Source: Octopus sinensis (Eukaryota). From it: DNA of 64,000 nt. The stretch spans positions 74,648,001 through 74,712,000 of the forward strand of contig NC_042997.1 of assembly GCF_006345805.1 (NCBI RefSeq), given 5' to 3'. Position 1 is the first letter of the stretch. Every line of letters begins with the position of its first letter. The notes under the pieces were generated by a model. The model worked only from the letters and a program-made list of their open reading frames with translations. It searched no databases and was not told the origin of the DNA. Positions 1 through 11,778 of this stretch are shown one piece after another. The position numbers and the translations under genes were made by a program.

Positions 1-693
1 CAACCAATTATTTGTCCCAGCTCAGAAGTGAGCTGCAATATATGTTCCCATTATATTGTAGCAGATTTGAAATTGAATTGCTGAATAGCCAAGTAAGCAT
101 CACAGCTTAGTCAGAGTCAAAGTTATTTCATGTGAGCAGCATCAAAACATCTTCTAATGAAGCTTCTAAAAAGGTGAATTTTTGGCACTAATTCTAGAAT
201 GCTGAGACTGTTGTGGTGACAACTCCATTCTCATTTCCATTCTCCAGCCAAATAGACAAATTGCTATCATGAATTTAGTACAATACTTCTCCAGTTGTGA
301 CAGCATAGTCATAGAGCCATACATACCAGCTGTTCTGTCATAGACTACAGAGTTTGTCTCTCCCAGGGTGTATAAACTGTTGTTTGTATTTTTCATTCAA
401 AGACCAACATAGAAAATACTATGTGCAGTAAATAAAGTTGCTGTTAACTGTTGTTCATGAGTGTTGTTCATCATTTATATGCAGCCAACAAGCCAACAAT
501 ATTAACTTGCAATTTTCCAAATTCAAAATTATTCACACTAATCTTTTTTCATATTTTTCCTCTCTGCCAAGAAAAGATCCCCATTAACAATAATTAGATA
601 TAACAAAGAAAATACACATATAAATTAATAGTTGTTCAGATTGCTTTATAGGTAGATAGAAAGAAAATTGTGGAGTGTCCAAGTAACACTTAC

Positions 694-912
694 TGCGAGT
701 GGGTCATTTCCAGTAGATAAAATATCAAGAAGGTCACTGGATGAGACAAAATAAAATCGAGGGAAAGCTAAGCGTTTTGTCTCCAAATATTCTGCTAAAG
801 CTTTTTCGCACTTCACCAGTTCTTTCTGTATTGATTCTAAGCGTTGATATAAATTTGGCTGATCTATTGCTTGGATTACATTTTTGGTAACCTCAACTTC
901 AGAAACCATTTG
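694..912 (-). CDS. DNAH9/11/17-like: Axonemal dynein heavy chain (outer-arm beta type), last exon visible in the window; linker (DHC_N2) region
   Basis: Encodes [14 protein letters not shown]...[39 protein letters not shown], a hallmark dynein heavy chain motif. Acceptor tttatag|CAA at 913-914, donor GCA|gtaagt at 693. 219 nt, phase 0-0. Joins ...DFK of the 11554 exon in frame. Confidence 0.97.
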
Positions 913-1222
913 CTATAAAGATTCAGACAGAAATGAACAAAAAATAGTTAATTATGTATCTCTCTATATATAAATGCAGAAACTCTAAGACAAACACTGA
1001 AAAAAACATGTATATTGCATAATATTTATTTTGTGAAATAAACAGCCAGATTTCCACCAAACCACACCCTGTCATTAAAAGAAGAAAGTGAACAAAGTGA
1101 AAATGGTAATCTTTCTCTCATCTCTCTTTCTCTCACCGAGTTTCTATCTTGAATAGTGGAAAAGAGGGGAATAGATAGTGAGAGACACAGAAGACACACA
1201 GACAGACATAGCTAGCTAGCTA

Positions 1223-2498
1223 TCTGGTCATCCCATAAGCTCTGCTTGATTTTACCTTTTTTAAAATTGAATGAAATTTAATAGTATTTTAGAATGTCTA
1301 ATGGAATTAAAAATTATTTTTATGCATTTGTGTACATTTAATGTAATTAAATATTATTTTACAGAATAATAGAATTAAAATTTCCTTGATTAAAACCCTT
1401 TCTAATATGGAAGTATCCAAAGAGCATTTAAGGCACATAATGCTTTATGAGTACAAAAAAGGAAACTCTGCAGCCGAAGTGACTCAAAACATACACTCTG
1501 TTTATGGGAAAGAATGCTTGAATGAAAGAACTTGCAGAAGATACTTTGCAAAATTCAGAAGTGGAGATTTCAGCCTTGAAGATGAAGAGTGAACAGGACG
1601 TCAAGTTGAGTTTGATGATAAGCTCCTTGAGGCATTACTTGAAGAAAATCCAGCATTATCAGTTGAAACATTGGCAATAAAGCTTAGTTCAAACCATACA
1701 ACTGTTCATCGTCATTTTCAACAATTTGGAAAGGTTCCTAAACTTGGAAAATGGGTATCTCATGAATTGTCTGAAAGCAACTGCAAACCACGAGTTGACA
1801 TCTGCTCTTCTCTCCATTCTTGCAAACTCATTTCACCCATTTTGGATAGACTTGTGACTGGTAACGAAAAATGGATCTTCTATCGAAATGTTAAATGTTG
1901 TAAACAGTGGCTTGGTAAAAGGAAAAACGCTCAACCATAACCAAGAAAGGAACTTCATGAGAAAAAGGTTCTTCTCTCTATCTGGTGGGATTGCAAAGGT
2001 GTAATTCACTTTAAATTGTTACCATCTAATGCAACAATCAATGCTCAAGACTACTGTCAGTAATTAGAGCATTTGAACCAAGCTTTGAAGAAAAAAAACG
2101 ACCTGCTTTAGTGAATCAAAAAGGAGTCATGTTTCATCAGGACAATGCATGACCCCACACTGCAAAGATCACATCACAGAAGATCGAAGAGATTGGTTGG
2201 GAAAGAATTCCTCATCCACCTTATTCTCCTGACCTTGCTCCTTCAGATTACCATTTGTTTCGTAATTTACAGAATCATTTGGAGGACATAACCTTCGCAA
2301 ACCAGGAGGAGGTCGAAACTGACATTTCAGATTTCTTCGCTTTGAAACGAAAAAAGATATAAAAAGCTTGTAAATAGATGGAAGGAAGTCATAGATAATC
2401 AGGGAAAGTACATTGATGATTAAATTTCAATTAAATATAACATTTGATCACTTCTTTTCTTTATTCAAAATTTGGACAGAACTTATGGCATGACCTGA
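1223..2498 (+). mobile_element. Full-length, inactivated mariner (Mos1-like, DD34D) DNA transposon
   Basis: Imperfect ~30-bp TIRs: tctggtcatcccataagctctgcttgatttt after TA at 1221-1222, and aaaatttggacagaacttatggcatgacctga ending at 2498. Length ~1.28 kb. Transposase fragments: HLRHIMLYEYKKG (HTH), WVSHEL, LVTGNEKW, FHQDNA*PH, HPPYSPDLAPSDYHLF. Several stops and frameshifts. Confidence 0.93.
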
Positions 2499-3229
2499 CA
2501 GATAAACAGATAGAGACAGAGAGAAAGAAAAAAGAAGAGATTGATGGTTATGATGGTAGTAGTATGCTTTTGTGATATCAGACTCTGTCTTCCTCTTTCA
2601 CTATCTCTTTTATCTTTCTACCTTTTCTCTGTTGCTCTCTCATCTTTCTCTCTCTCTCTCACTCTCCACCTATGCAACAGTAGAATAGAGTGATAGAGAA
2701 TGAGAAGCACAGAGAGAGGAGAATGATGACAGCAATGATGACAGTGATATGTTTGTGTGGCATCAAACATTGTTTTCTCCTTTCTTTAGTCTCTCATTAC
2801 TCTTTCTATCTCTCTTTCTCTTTCACTCTCTCCGTCTGGAATAATAGAACAGTGAGATGATGATGATGATGATGACGACGACGACGACGACAGCAGTACA
2901 TTTGTGTAACGGTAATTTCAGTTTTTCTTTTTCCTTCAATCTTCTCTTAATCTTTCAATTTTTTGTCTCTCTCTATAAAAGTGCATTAGAGAGAAATAAA
3001 TAATGAGAGAGACACCTGAAGTGAGACATAACTAGAGAGAGAGAGAGAGAGAGGAAAGATTATTATGCAAGTAATGGCAGTGGTTTGAAAACTGGGTAAC
3101 TCTCATACACATAAAGATCTTGTTGCAAAACCCTTCTTGGATGAACTATGAATTCAATTTTGGAAGGTGTATGCTGCAGATTTCCTTTGTCTTTCATTCA
3201 TGTGGATTACAGGGTATGTGTATGTGTAT

Positions 3230-3429
<200 letters not shown>

Positions 3430-3430
<1 letters not shown>

Positions 3431-4298
3431 TCCGATGGATGTGTAATGTCAGTACTCATACTCGGCAGAGTGTAAGTACCTTGAGAGAAAAGCTGGACCT
3501 AAGAAGCATCAGTTGTGGTGTGCAAGAGGGACGTTTGCGCTGGTATGGTCATGTGGCGAGAATGGATGAAGATAGTTGTGTGAAAAAGTGCCACACCCTA
3601 GCGGTTGAGGGAACCTGCGGAAGAGGCAGACCCAGGTAAACCTGGGACGAGGTGGTGAAGCACGACCTTCGAACTTTAGGTCTCACTGAGGAAATGACTA
3701 GAGACCGAGACCTCTGGAAGTGTGCTGTGCGCGAGAAGACCTGGCAGGACAAGTGAGTCCATAACCCGTGGCCTTCTACATGGGATGGAGCCAGCCTACG
3801 TATGCATACCTTCCCTTCTTGGGACACAAAACTCTACTTGTGAAGACCTGTTGAGGCAAGTGAGGATCAGAATCGAAATCGATCAATGGAAATTGCAGAT
3901 GTGTTACCAGTGCCGGTGGCATGTAAGAGAACCTTCTGTTTCGCGACCGTTGCCAGCGCCGCCCCGACTGGCCTCGTGCCGGTGGCACGTAAAAAGCACC
4001 ATCCGTTCGTGTCCGTTGCCAGCCTCGCCTGGCCCTCGTGCCGGTGGCACATAAAAAGCACCATCCGTTCGTGACGTTTGCCAGCTCTGTCTGGCACCTG
4101 TGCGGGTGGTACATAAAAAGCACCCACTACACTCACGGAGTGGTTGGCGTTAGGAAGGGCATCCAGCCATAGAAACACTGCCAGATTTGACTGGGCCTGA
4201 TGAAGCCTTCTGGCTTCACAGACCCCAGTAGAACCGTCCAACCCATGCTAGCATGGAAAACGGACGCTAAACGATGATGATGATGATGATGATGATAT
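3430..4298 (+). mobile_element. RTE-clade LINE (family A), 5'-truncated: ORF C-terminus, structured 3' UTR and (GAT)n tail
   Basis: Encodes RLRWYGHVARMDEDSCVKKCHTLAVEGTCGRGRPR. Ends with ...ccaacccatgctagcatggaaaacggacgctaaac(gat)n, shared with the other copies in the window. Confidence 0.9.
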
Positions 4299-4299
4299 A

Positions 4300-6136
4300 T
4301 CTTTATATATATAAAACTGAGAATGTGTGTCTGTCTGTCTGTCTATCTGTCTGTGTGTTTCCCTAAAACTTGAGAACTACACAACCAATTTCATTCAAAC
4401 TTTACAAATGCCTTACTTAGGGTCCATGTAGTTTCATGGGCAAAAAAAATGTTCAACTTCTTGCCTAGAGCGAGCCCATAGCAATATCATATCTTCTCCA
4501 CTATTTCATTATTACATGTTAAAAGTGAAACAAAAACATTTCTCTATTTTATGTCAGATACTTTCACTTTAACAATAAAAATAATAATAACAATTGAATT
4601 ATATGTAGTAAGTAATAATTAAAATCAAACTAAAGTATAATATAATCGTAACATAACAAAAGTAAAAATAGCAATTGGTATAAAATTGCATCAATGATTT
4701 GAACTTGAATAAGTGGTTTCACATGAATGGGAATAAATTAAAAATAAAATTAGCGTGCAGAAATGGAATAGTCCAGATGGATAATAAAAAATTAAATTAA
4801 AGAAAAGACTATTGTCTATAAAGTATACAATGTAGAGAAAAAAGAAGATTTGAACACACGGAGAAAAGCACCTTTGAAAAGTGTCTTGGTGGGACTATGA
4901 AAGATATCTAATCAGAGGCAGTAAATTCGCCACAATAGAAGCAAGGTTCAAGTCAACGGAGCATGCAAGGGAGTACTCAACTCGAACTTGCAAAGTGGAA
5001 ATATTTTATTCTTACCTTTATATCTGGGACGTAGGACGTCCCGGAAAAAAATTGAAAATGCACCCCCCCCACCAGAAGTAAAAGTAGGCTGGATTGTAGC
5101 CACACTTCTATACAAGAGGGAGGACAAGATACAATTGATCGAAATTACAAGAGACGGGCTAACAATTCCAGTCTGTTATATATATACTAGCGATATCAAG
5201 ATATAACTTTGTATTTTGTATTTTATGTGTAGATGTATATATATATGTAAAGTATACTAGCCATCTCAATATGGCTAACCACTAGGGGTGGGTGTTACTG
5301 TAGCTTTTTAGCCCCAGGAGATCATCGTCTCCAGCTGGCTGTAGACACAATTTCTGTGCCCTTATGATATTTGCAAAGGGAGGTCATCCCCTCTCGTAAA
5401 CCTAAGTGATATGCATGGACTGCAGTTTCGAGATTATTGCCTCTTGTCAACACACGGTAATCATGGGTTTTCGATGAGAAGAGACCTGTTTGCGAATATC
5501 TATTTATTGTTTTTCCCAGTAACCACTGTCACTGATTTCGAAAAACGGTCTAAAGCCAGCTGGAGACGATGATCTCCTGAGGCTAAAAAGCTACAGTAAC
5601 ACCCACCCCTAGTGGTTAGCCATATTGAGATGGCTAGTATACTTTACGTTGTCAAGCGCTTACTGTTTACATCTCGTTCAGAGATTTATTATTGCTTTCA
5701 GACCGTTTTTCGAAATCAGTGACAGTGGTTACTGGGAAAAACAATAAATAGATATTCGCAAACAGGTCTCTCCTCATTGAAAACCCGTGATTACCGTGTG
5801 TTGACAAGAAACAATAATCTCGAAACTGCAGTCTATGCATATCACTTAGGTTTACGAGAGGGGATGACCTCCCTTTGCAAATATCATAAGGGCACAGAAA
5901 TTGTGTTTAAAGCCAGCTGGAGACGATGATCTCCTGGGGCTAAAAAGCTACAGTAACACCCACCCCTAGTGGTTAGCCATATTGAGATGGCTAGTATACT
6001 TTACGTTGTCGAGCGCTTACTGTTTACATCACGTTCAGAGATTTATTATTGTATATATATAGATGTACATGTAATATATGCACATATATACATGCACTAG
6101 CACTATGACCCGGCAACGACAGGTCTTTAATGCTAG
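4300..6136 (+). mobile_element. Non-autonomous Helitron with nested insertions
   Basis: 5' end A^TCTTTATATATA at 4300. 3' end acccggcaacgacaggt (degenerate hairpin) then CTAG^T at 6133-6136. Fits the Helitron TC...CTRR termini and A^T target. Confidence 0.6.
5247..5646. mobile_element. MITE with ~95-bp terminal inverted repeats, followed by an inverted partial duplicate (5700-6051)
   Basis: 5247-5340 (gtaaagtatactagccatctc...ctccagctggct) is the reverse complement of 5553-5646. Confidence 0.75.
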
Positions 6137-6177
<41 letters not shown>

Positions 6178-6681
6178 ATATGTATGTATGTATGTAGAGA
6201 AGGATGAGCATATATGTGTGTATACTTTAAGATTATACGTATATTTGTGAGTATGTGTAAGTGTCTATATGATTGTGTGTACATGTATATATGTATAAGG
6301 TTATATGTGCATATATGTATCTAAGACGTATCTTCACTGTTAGACAGTGGTGAGAGGGACAAACGCACACACACATATATGCGTGTGTGTCTATATAAAT
6401 GCATATGCGTGTATATATACAATCTTCAACAAGGTAACAGTCATGTATACAACTTGAACTGACACATAACATTACATAAACATACGTTCACATGTACATA
6501 CACATGTACACACACACAGACACGTCTACACACTCTCCTAAATACTCACATACATATGTAAGTACATAAGTACATACATACATGCATATAGGCATGCACA
6601 CATGCATGCGCACATACATGTACACACATACATACATATGCACATACATACATACATACGCACATACATACATGAATACAT

Positions 6682-6716
<35 letters not shown>

Positions 6717-7854
6717 TACATACGTACGTACATATATATCCTGAACTAACTGTTACTTTCTCAGATGCAGCACTAAGTTTTGTCAGTGAACAGGTCGCAG
6801 TCTCAAAGTGACGAAAATATTTTGACAAATTAAATTTAAATGCTGAAGTGAATCTAACAGTTTTGTGTGTTTCTTAAATGGCTTCTAAACACCTTCCATG
6901 CTGCAATTGTTTTCGTTCCAGCACATGATCTCAGATCAAGTCACTCGCTATGCAAGTACATCTCCAGATTACAGGGTGTTTGAATTCGAAAGGAGAAATG
7001 AGATCTATTTCAGCTCAAACAATTTCACTTACCCAATACCGTCTCCAGTGTAACATTCTTTTGCATAAGTGAATTTTCCTTCATTATTTAAAGAGCACAG
7101 TACATAGATCTATATTCACAGCAAATGCAAATAACATACTAGCACATCTTAACACAATGTTGGTTTTTAAACTCCTAACAATAAGTATGTTTAAAGGGAA
7201 TCCAGGAGCCAGTTAGTTATCCGTCTATCAACATATACTTGTTCATATATATTTAAGTATGGCTAATTGGAACTGAAGAGCAAACAAATTCAACAAAGCA
7301 CTTAGTTGCAAGTGAGTCATTTCTAAGTAACTTCATTGTGGTCATAACTCTAGTTAGAGCGTCATATGAACTTCACCAGCAGAAACTCATCTGTTTTACA
7401 CTCCAATTAATCCATTGACAAATTTTCATTATCAATCAATTTCAGTTCATTAAAAGATGTTGCTTTTATCAGTTAATTATTGAGCTGTTAAAAGCAATTA
7501 CATAGATTCCTGTTTATAGGCATTGGCAACAAAAAAACAGGTGATTTAGCATATTAGTGTCCATTTACTAACAAAGGTTTATTAATCTGTGTGTGTGTAC
7601 ACGCTCTCTACATAGTGTTAAAATTAACTCCAAAATATTTGAACATAGAGATGCAACAGAAAATCTAAGTTGGCTAACTAATTCCCTCACTATTTAAGCT
7701 ATCATAAAAACATAACCAGAAATAATGTTTAACTAAAATCATCAGAGTAATGATACATAAAATATGAAGAAAACCATCTTTGCTGACTACATATCTGTAC
7801 TAAATTAAGAAGTTAAATGAATGTTAACTGTCTCATAGGTCAATTAGATAATAT

Positions 7855-8058
7855 ATTGGTTTCAAATTTTGGTACAGTTCCAGGGAAAGGACTAAGTTGG
7901 TTACAACGACCCTAGAGCTCAATTGATACTTATCTTACGAACCCCAAGCCAATGAAAGAGAAAGTCAGCCTTGATGGAATTTGAATTTAGAGCATAAAAA
8001 TGGACAAAAAGCCGCTAAGCATTCTGTCCAACATGCTAACAATTCTGCTAGCTCACCA
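7855..8058 (-). mobile_element. tRNA-derived SINE (family S1), degenerate
   Basis: Reverse complement begins ggtgagctagcagaattgttagcatg... and aligns with the copies at 12624-12835 and 13011-13224. Confidence 0.65.
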
Positions 8059-8109
8059 CATTCAGTCAATAAAATAATATATTAATCTCTTAGAATATGT
8101 ATCAATCAT

Positions 8110-11100
8110 TATCATCATCATCATCATCATCGTTTAATGTCTGTTTTCCGCGCTAGCACGGGTTGGACGGTTCGACCGGGGTCTGGGAAGCCAGGGGCTG
8201 CACCAGGCTCCAGTCTGATCTGGCAGAGTTTCTACAGCTGGATGTCCTTCCTAACGCCAAAAACTCTGTGAGTGTAGTGGGTGCTTTTTACGTGCCACCT
8301 GCACAGGTGCCAGGGGGGTCTGGCATCGGCCACGATCGGTTGGTGCTTTTAACGTGCCAAGGCGGCACTGGCATCGGCCACGTTCGGATGGTGCTTTTTA
8401 TGTGCCACTGGCACTGGAGCCAGTCGAGGCAGCGCTGGCATCGGCCACGTTCGGATGGTGCATTTTAAGTGCCACCAGCACAGAGGCCAGTCGAGGCAGA
8501 GCTGGCAACGGCCACGTTTGGATGGTGCTTTTTATGTGCCACCGGCACAGGTATCACAACTACTATTTCCATTGATATTTATTTCGATGCTCATGTACTT
8601 GACTCAACAGGTCTCCTCAAGCACAGCGGGATGTTCTGAAATACAAGGTACTTTGAATGGGCAGGGGCTTTGCGGAACTGGTGCAGGAAGCAGCCCGGGT
8701 CTTTGCAGTCACAGCATATCGGTCCTTTGCCATTGCCTCAGTGAGGCCCAACGCTCTGAGGTCATGCTTGACTACCTCATCCCATGTCTTTCTGGGTCTA
8801 CCTCTCCCCCTGATACCTTCAACTGTTTGGGAGTGGCACTTCTTCACACATCTCTCCTCATCCATCCGCAGTACATGACCATACCATCGCAAGCGTGGCT
8901 CTTGCACACCACATCTGATGCTTCTTATGTCCAGCATTTCTCTCAGGGTGCTTACACTCTGTTGTGCATGCACACTAACATTACACATCCAGCGGATCAT
9001 GCTAGCTTCATTCCTTTCAAGTCTACGCATGTCCTCTGCAGTCACAGCCCATGTTTCACTAGAGTGAAGCATGGCAGTTCACACACATGCGTCATACAAT
9101 CTACCTTTCACTTTGAGCGAGAGACCCTTTGTCGCCAGTAGGGGTAGGAGCTTTCTGAACTTTGCCCAGGCTATTCGTATTCTAGTGGTGACACTCTCTG
9201 AGCATCCACCTCCACTACTAACTTGGTCACCCAGGTAGCAGAAACTATCAACTACTTCTAGTTTCTTCCCCCTGGAGTGTGATGGAATCTGTTTTCTGAG
9301 TATCTGTGGTGTCTATTGTCCCTGTGCATCTGCCGCACATGAAAGCTATCTTATCAGTTAATTTCCTTTTGATGTTGCTGCACCTCTTATGCGTCCATAG
9401 CTTACACTGGGTGCATCTTATGGAGTTTCTACCTACACCTTTCCTAAAGATCGAGCAGGGTCACCTGCCCGAGGGTGTGTGTGTGCTGAGTACGCCTTTC
9501 TGCTTACTCTAACTTTGGTCTTTGCTACATTTACTCTAAAGCCCTTTGATTCTAACCCTTGCTTCCACACCCGAAATTTCTTTTCTAGTTCCGGTAGTGA
9601 TTCTGCTATGAGAGCAAGGTCATCAGCATAGAGGAGCTCCCAGGGGCATCCTGTTTTGAATTCCTCTGTTATTGCCTGGAAGACTATGATGAATAAAAGG
9701 GAACTGAGGACTGAGCCTTGGTGTACACCTACTTCTACCCGGAATTCTTCACTATATTCGTTGCCAATCCTAACCTTGCTGACAGCCTCTCTGTATAGGG
9801 CCTGTACAGCCCTTATTAGCCATTCGTCAATCTCTAGTTTCTGCATTGACCACCAGATAAGGGATCGGGGGACCCTGTCGAAGGCTTTCTCCAAGTCCAC
9901 AAAAGCTATGTAGAGAGGTTTATCTTTAGCTAGGTACTTCTCCTGCAGTTGTCGGACCAGGAATATAGCATCAGTGGTGCTTCTACTCGGCACAAAACCG
10001 AACTGCATCTCATCTAAGCAAATTCTCTCCCTAATGAGATGGGTTATGACCCTCTCTGTGACCTTCATCACCTGATCCAACAGCTTAATACCCCTGTAGT
10101 TATTTCTATCTAGAGCATCACCCTTACCCTTGTAGCAGTTGACTATGGTGCTGCTACGCCAGTCATTGGGTATGACTCCATTATGAACTACCTGGTTTAC
10201 AATGCGGGTGACTAGGCCATAGCCCACATAGCCAGCTGTTTTAAGCATCTCAGCAGTGATTCCTGATGGGCTGGGGGCTTTACCTGGTTTCATATCCTTA
10301 ATTGCCTTAACTACAAGGGAGCTGTCTATTCAGATAGCTGGTCCCTCTACTGGGTCAACATTTGGCAGGCTCTCCTCCTCCCATTCATTCTCCTCATTCA
10401 GCAGTCTTTCATAATGGCTTCTCCAAGCCTCTTTCTTTTCACCAACATTAAAAGCAAGTGCCCCATCATCCATGCGGACACATTTCTCTCCTGTAACATC
10501 ACTATTTTCTCTGACACACTGTCTGGCAATCCGAAATACCTCAGCTCTTTGGTCCTCACGTCGCCGGACATTGGCAAACTTCTTCTTTTCTGCTACATCT
10601 TTGGCTATGTATACCTGCCGCCCAGCCTCCCTTTTGGCTACTTGGTACAGTTCCCTGCTACCCCCATCCCTCCAGGCTTTCCAGGCCTGTTTCTTTGCAC
10701 TAATGGCTTTGTCTACTGCACTATTCCACCACCACGTAACTCTAGGTCTGGAAGGGATATTGCACCATCCACAGACTTGGTCTGTGGCACTCAGCAAGCT
10801 GTCCCGTAGGAATTCCCAGCTACCTTCTATGTCCTACGTCTGAAGCTCCTCCTCCCTCTCATCAAATTTCTTGATGAGGATGTCCCTAAATCTCTGACCA
10901 TGTGAAAGGTTCTTTAGCTTCCAAATCCTTCTTTTCTGGATTGGTTTGTTTCTTGGAGTCCTTCTGGCCTCAAGCTTAAAGTCACTAATGATTAGCCTAT
11001 GCTGAGGGATACATTCTTCACCCGGGAGGGTCTTTGTATTTAAGAGCGACCCTGCATCCCGCTGTCTGGTGAGGATGAAGTCTATTTGGCTAGCGGAGTC

Positions 11101-11279
11101 TCCTGACTGATAGGTTATAAGGTGGCAGTCAGGCTTCCTGAAGTTAGTGTTGCAGATTAAAAGGTTACATGCATCACAGAATTCCAGTAGTCTAGTTCCC
11201 TCATCATTTCTGGTGCCAATACCATGGCCACCGTGTACCTCAGTGAAGATACCCGATTCCCGCCCAACATGCCCCAATA
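8110..11279 (-). mobile_element. RTE-clade LINE (family A), ~3.2 kb, 5'-truncated pseudogene (APE C-terminal half, RT, C-terminus, 3' UTR)
   Basis: APE: GTRNDEGTRLLEFC...SQIDFIL...QHRLI. RT: QFGFVPSRST, FVDLEKAFDRV, GVHQGSVLS, LLYADDLAL. C-terminus as at 3430. (GAT)n tail at 8110-8131. Confidence 0.95.
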
Positions 11280-11553
11280 TATATATATATTCTGTCACCA
11301 GTGTTCTTAACTCTTATTGCTTCAATTTTTTCTTTTTTGATAGGGTAGCATTGTACAAAAAATTGAATAAAGCAAATTATAGAATTAAACCAAATTATAT
11401 TTCTTAGTTCAAACTTGCCAAGACTTTACTATGCTCTATTAACAATGAATAATAGAACATCTTTTGAGTTTAAATCTAATAGGTTCTTGCTCAATTTTCT
11501 AAACAAATCCCAAGATAACAGTAAGCACAACTGATGCCGGAAAAATAATTTAC

Positions 11554-11778
11554 CTTAAAATCAACATTGATTCTATCAAATCTTTCACAATCCTCTGGTA
11601 ATTGACGACGAATATCTTCAGATTCTGTAAAGATGCTCTCGAGATGTGACCAGGTGCGCTGCACTTCCATCCAAATGTGAATTATTTGATCAGTGTTTGA
11701 TAATTTCTTCTGCCAGTTTGATACTTCAGTTTGGAAGAAATCAATATATTTTGAAGTTAACATATTCTGCAACTGAGC
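11554..11778 (-). CDS. DNAH9/11/17-like: Dynein heavy chain exon (DHC_N2)
   Basis: Encodes AQLQNMLTSKYIDFF...WMEVQRTWSHLESIFTESEDIRRQLPEDCERFDRINVDFK. Acceptor tttag|GCT, donor AAG|gtaaat. 225 nt, phase 0-0. Confidence 0.97.

Noticed and set aside
166-396. 76-aa minus-strand ORF downstream of the last dynein exon, considered as the next exon
   Set aside because: No resemblance in the frames I read to the expected continuation (HLxKLFD...GMYS.E.E.V). Treated as intronic.
958-990. Helitron-like 5' end ATCTCTCTATATATAAATGCAG (similar motif near 13598)
   Set aside because: No matching hairpin-plus-CTAG 3' end could be assigned.
3905-4115. Repeat-spacer array with palindromic repeats resembling a CRISPR array (also at 8280-8552 and 32705-32935)
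   Set aside because: The spacers are related to one another, there are no cas genes, the context is eukaryotic, and the array sits inside a LINE 3' UTR.
4197-4225. CTGATGA followed by the hairpin GAAGCC-TTCT-GGCTTC, a possible hammerhead
   Set aside because: No GAAA box or stem I. Other RTE copies read ctggtgcagcc here, so it is a chance variant.
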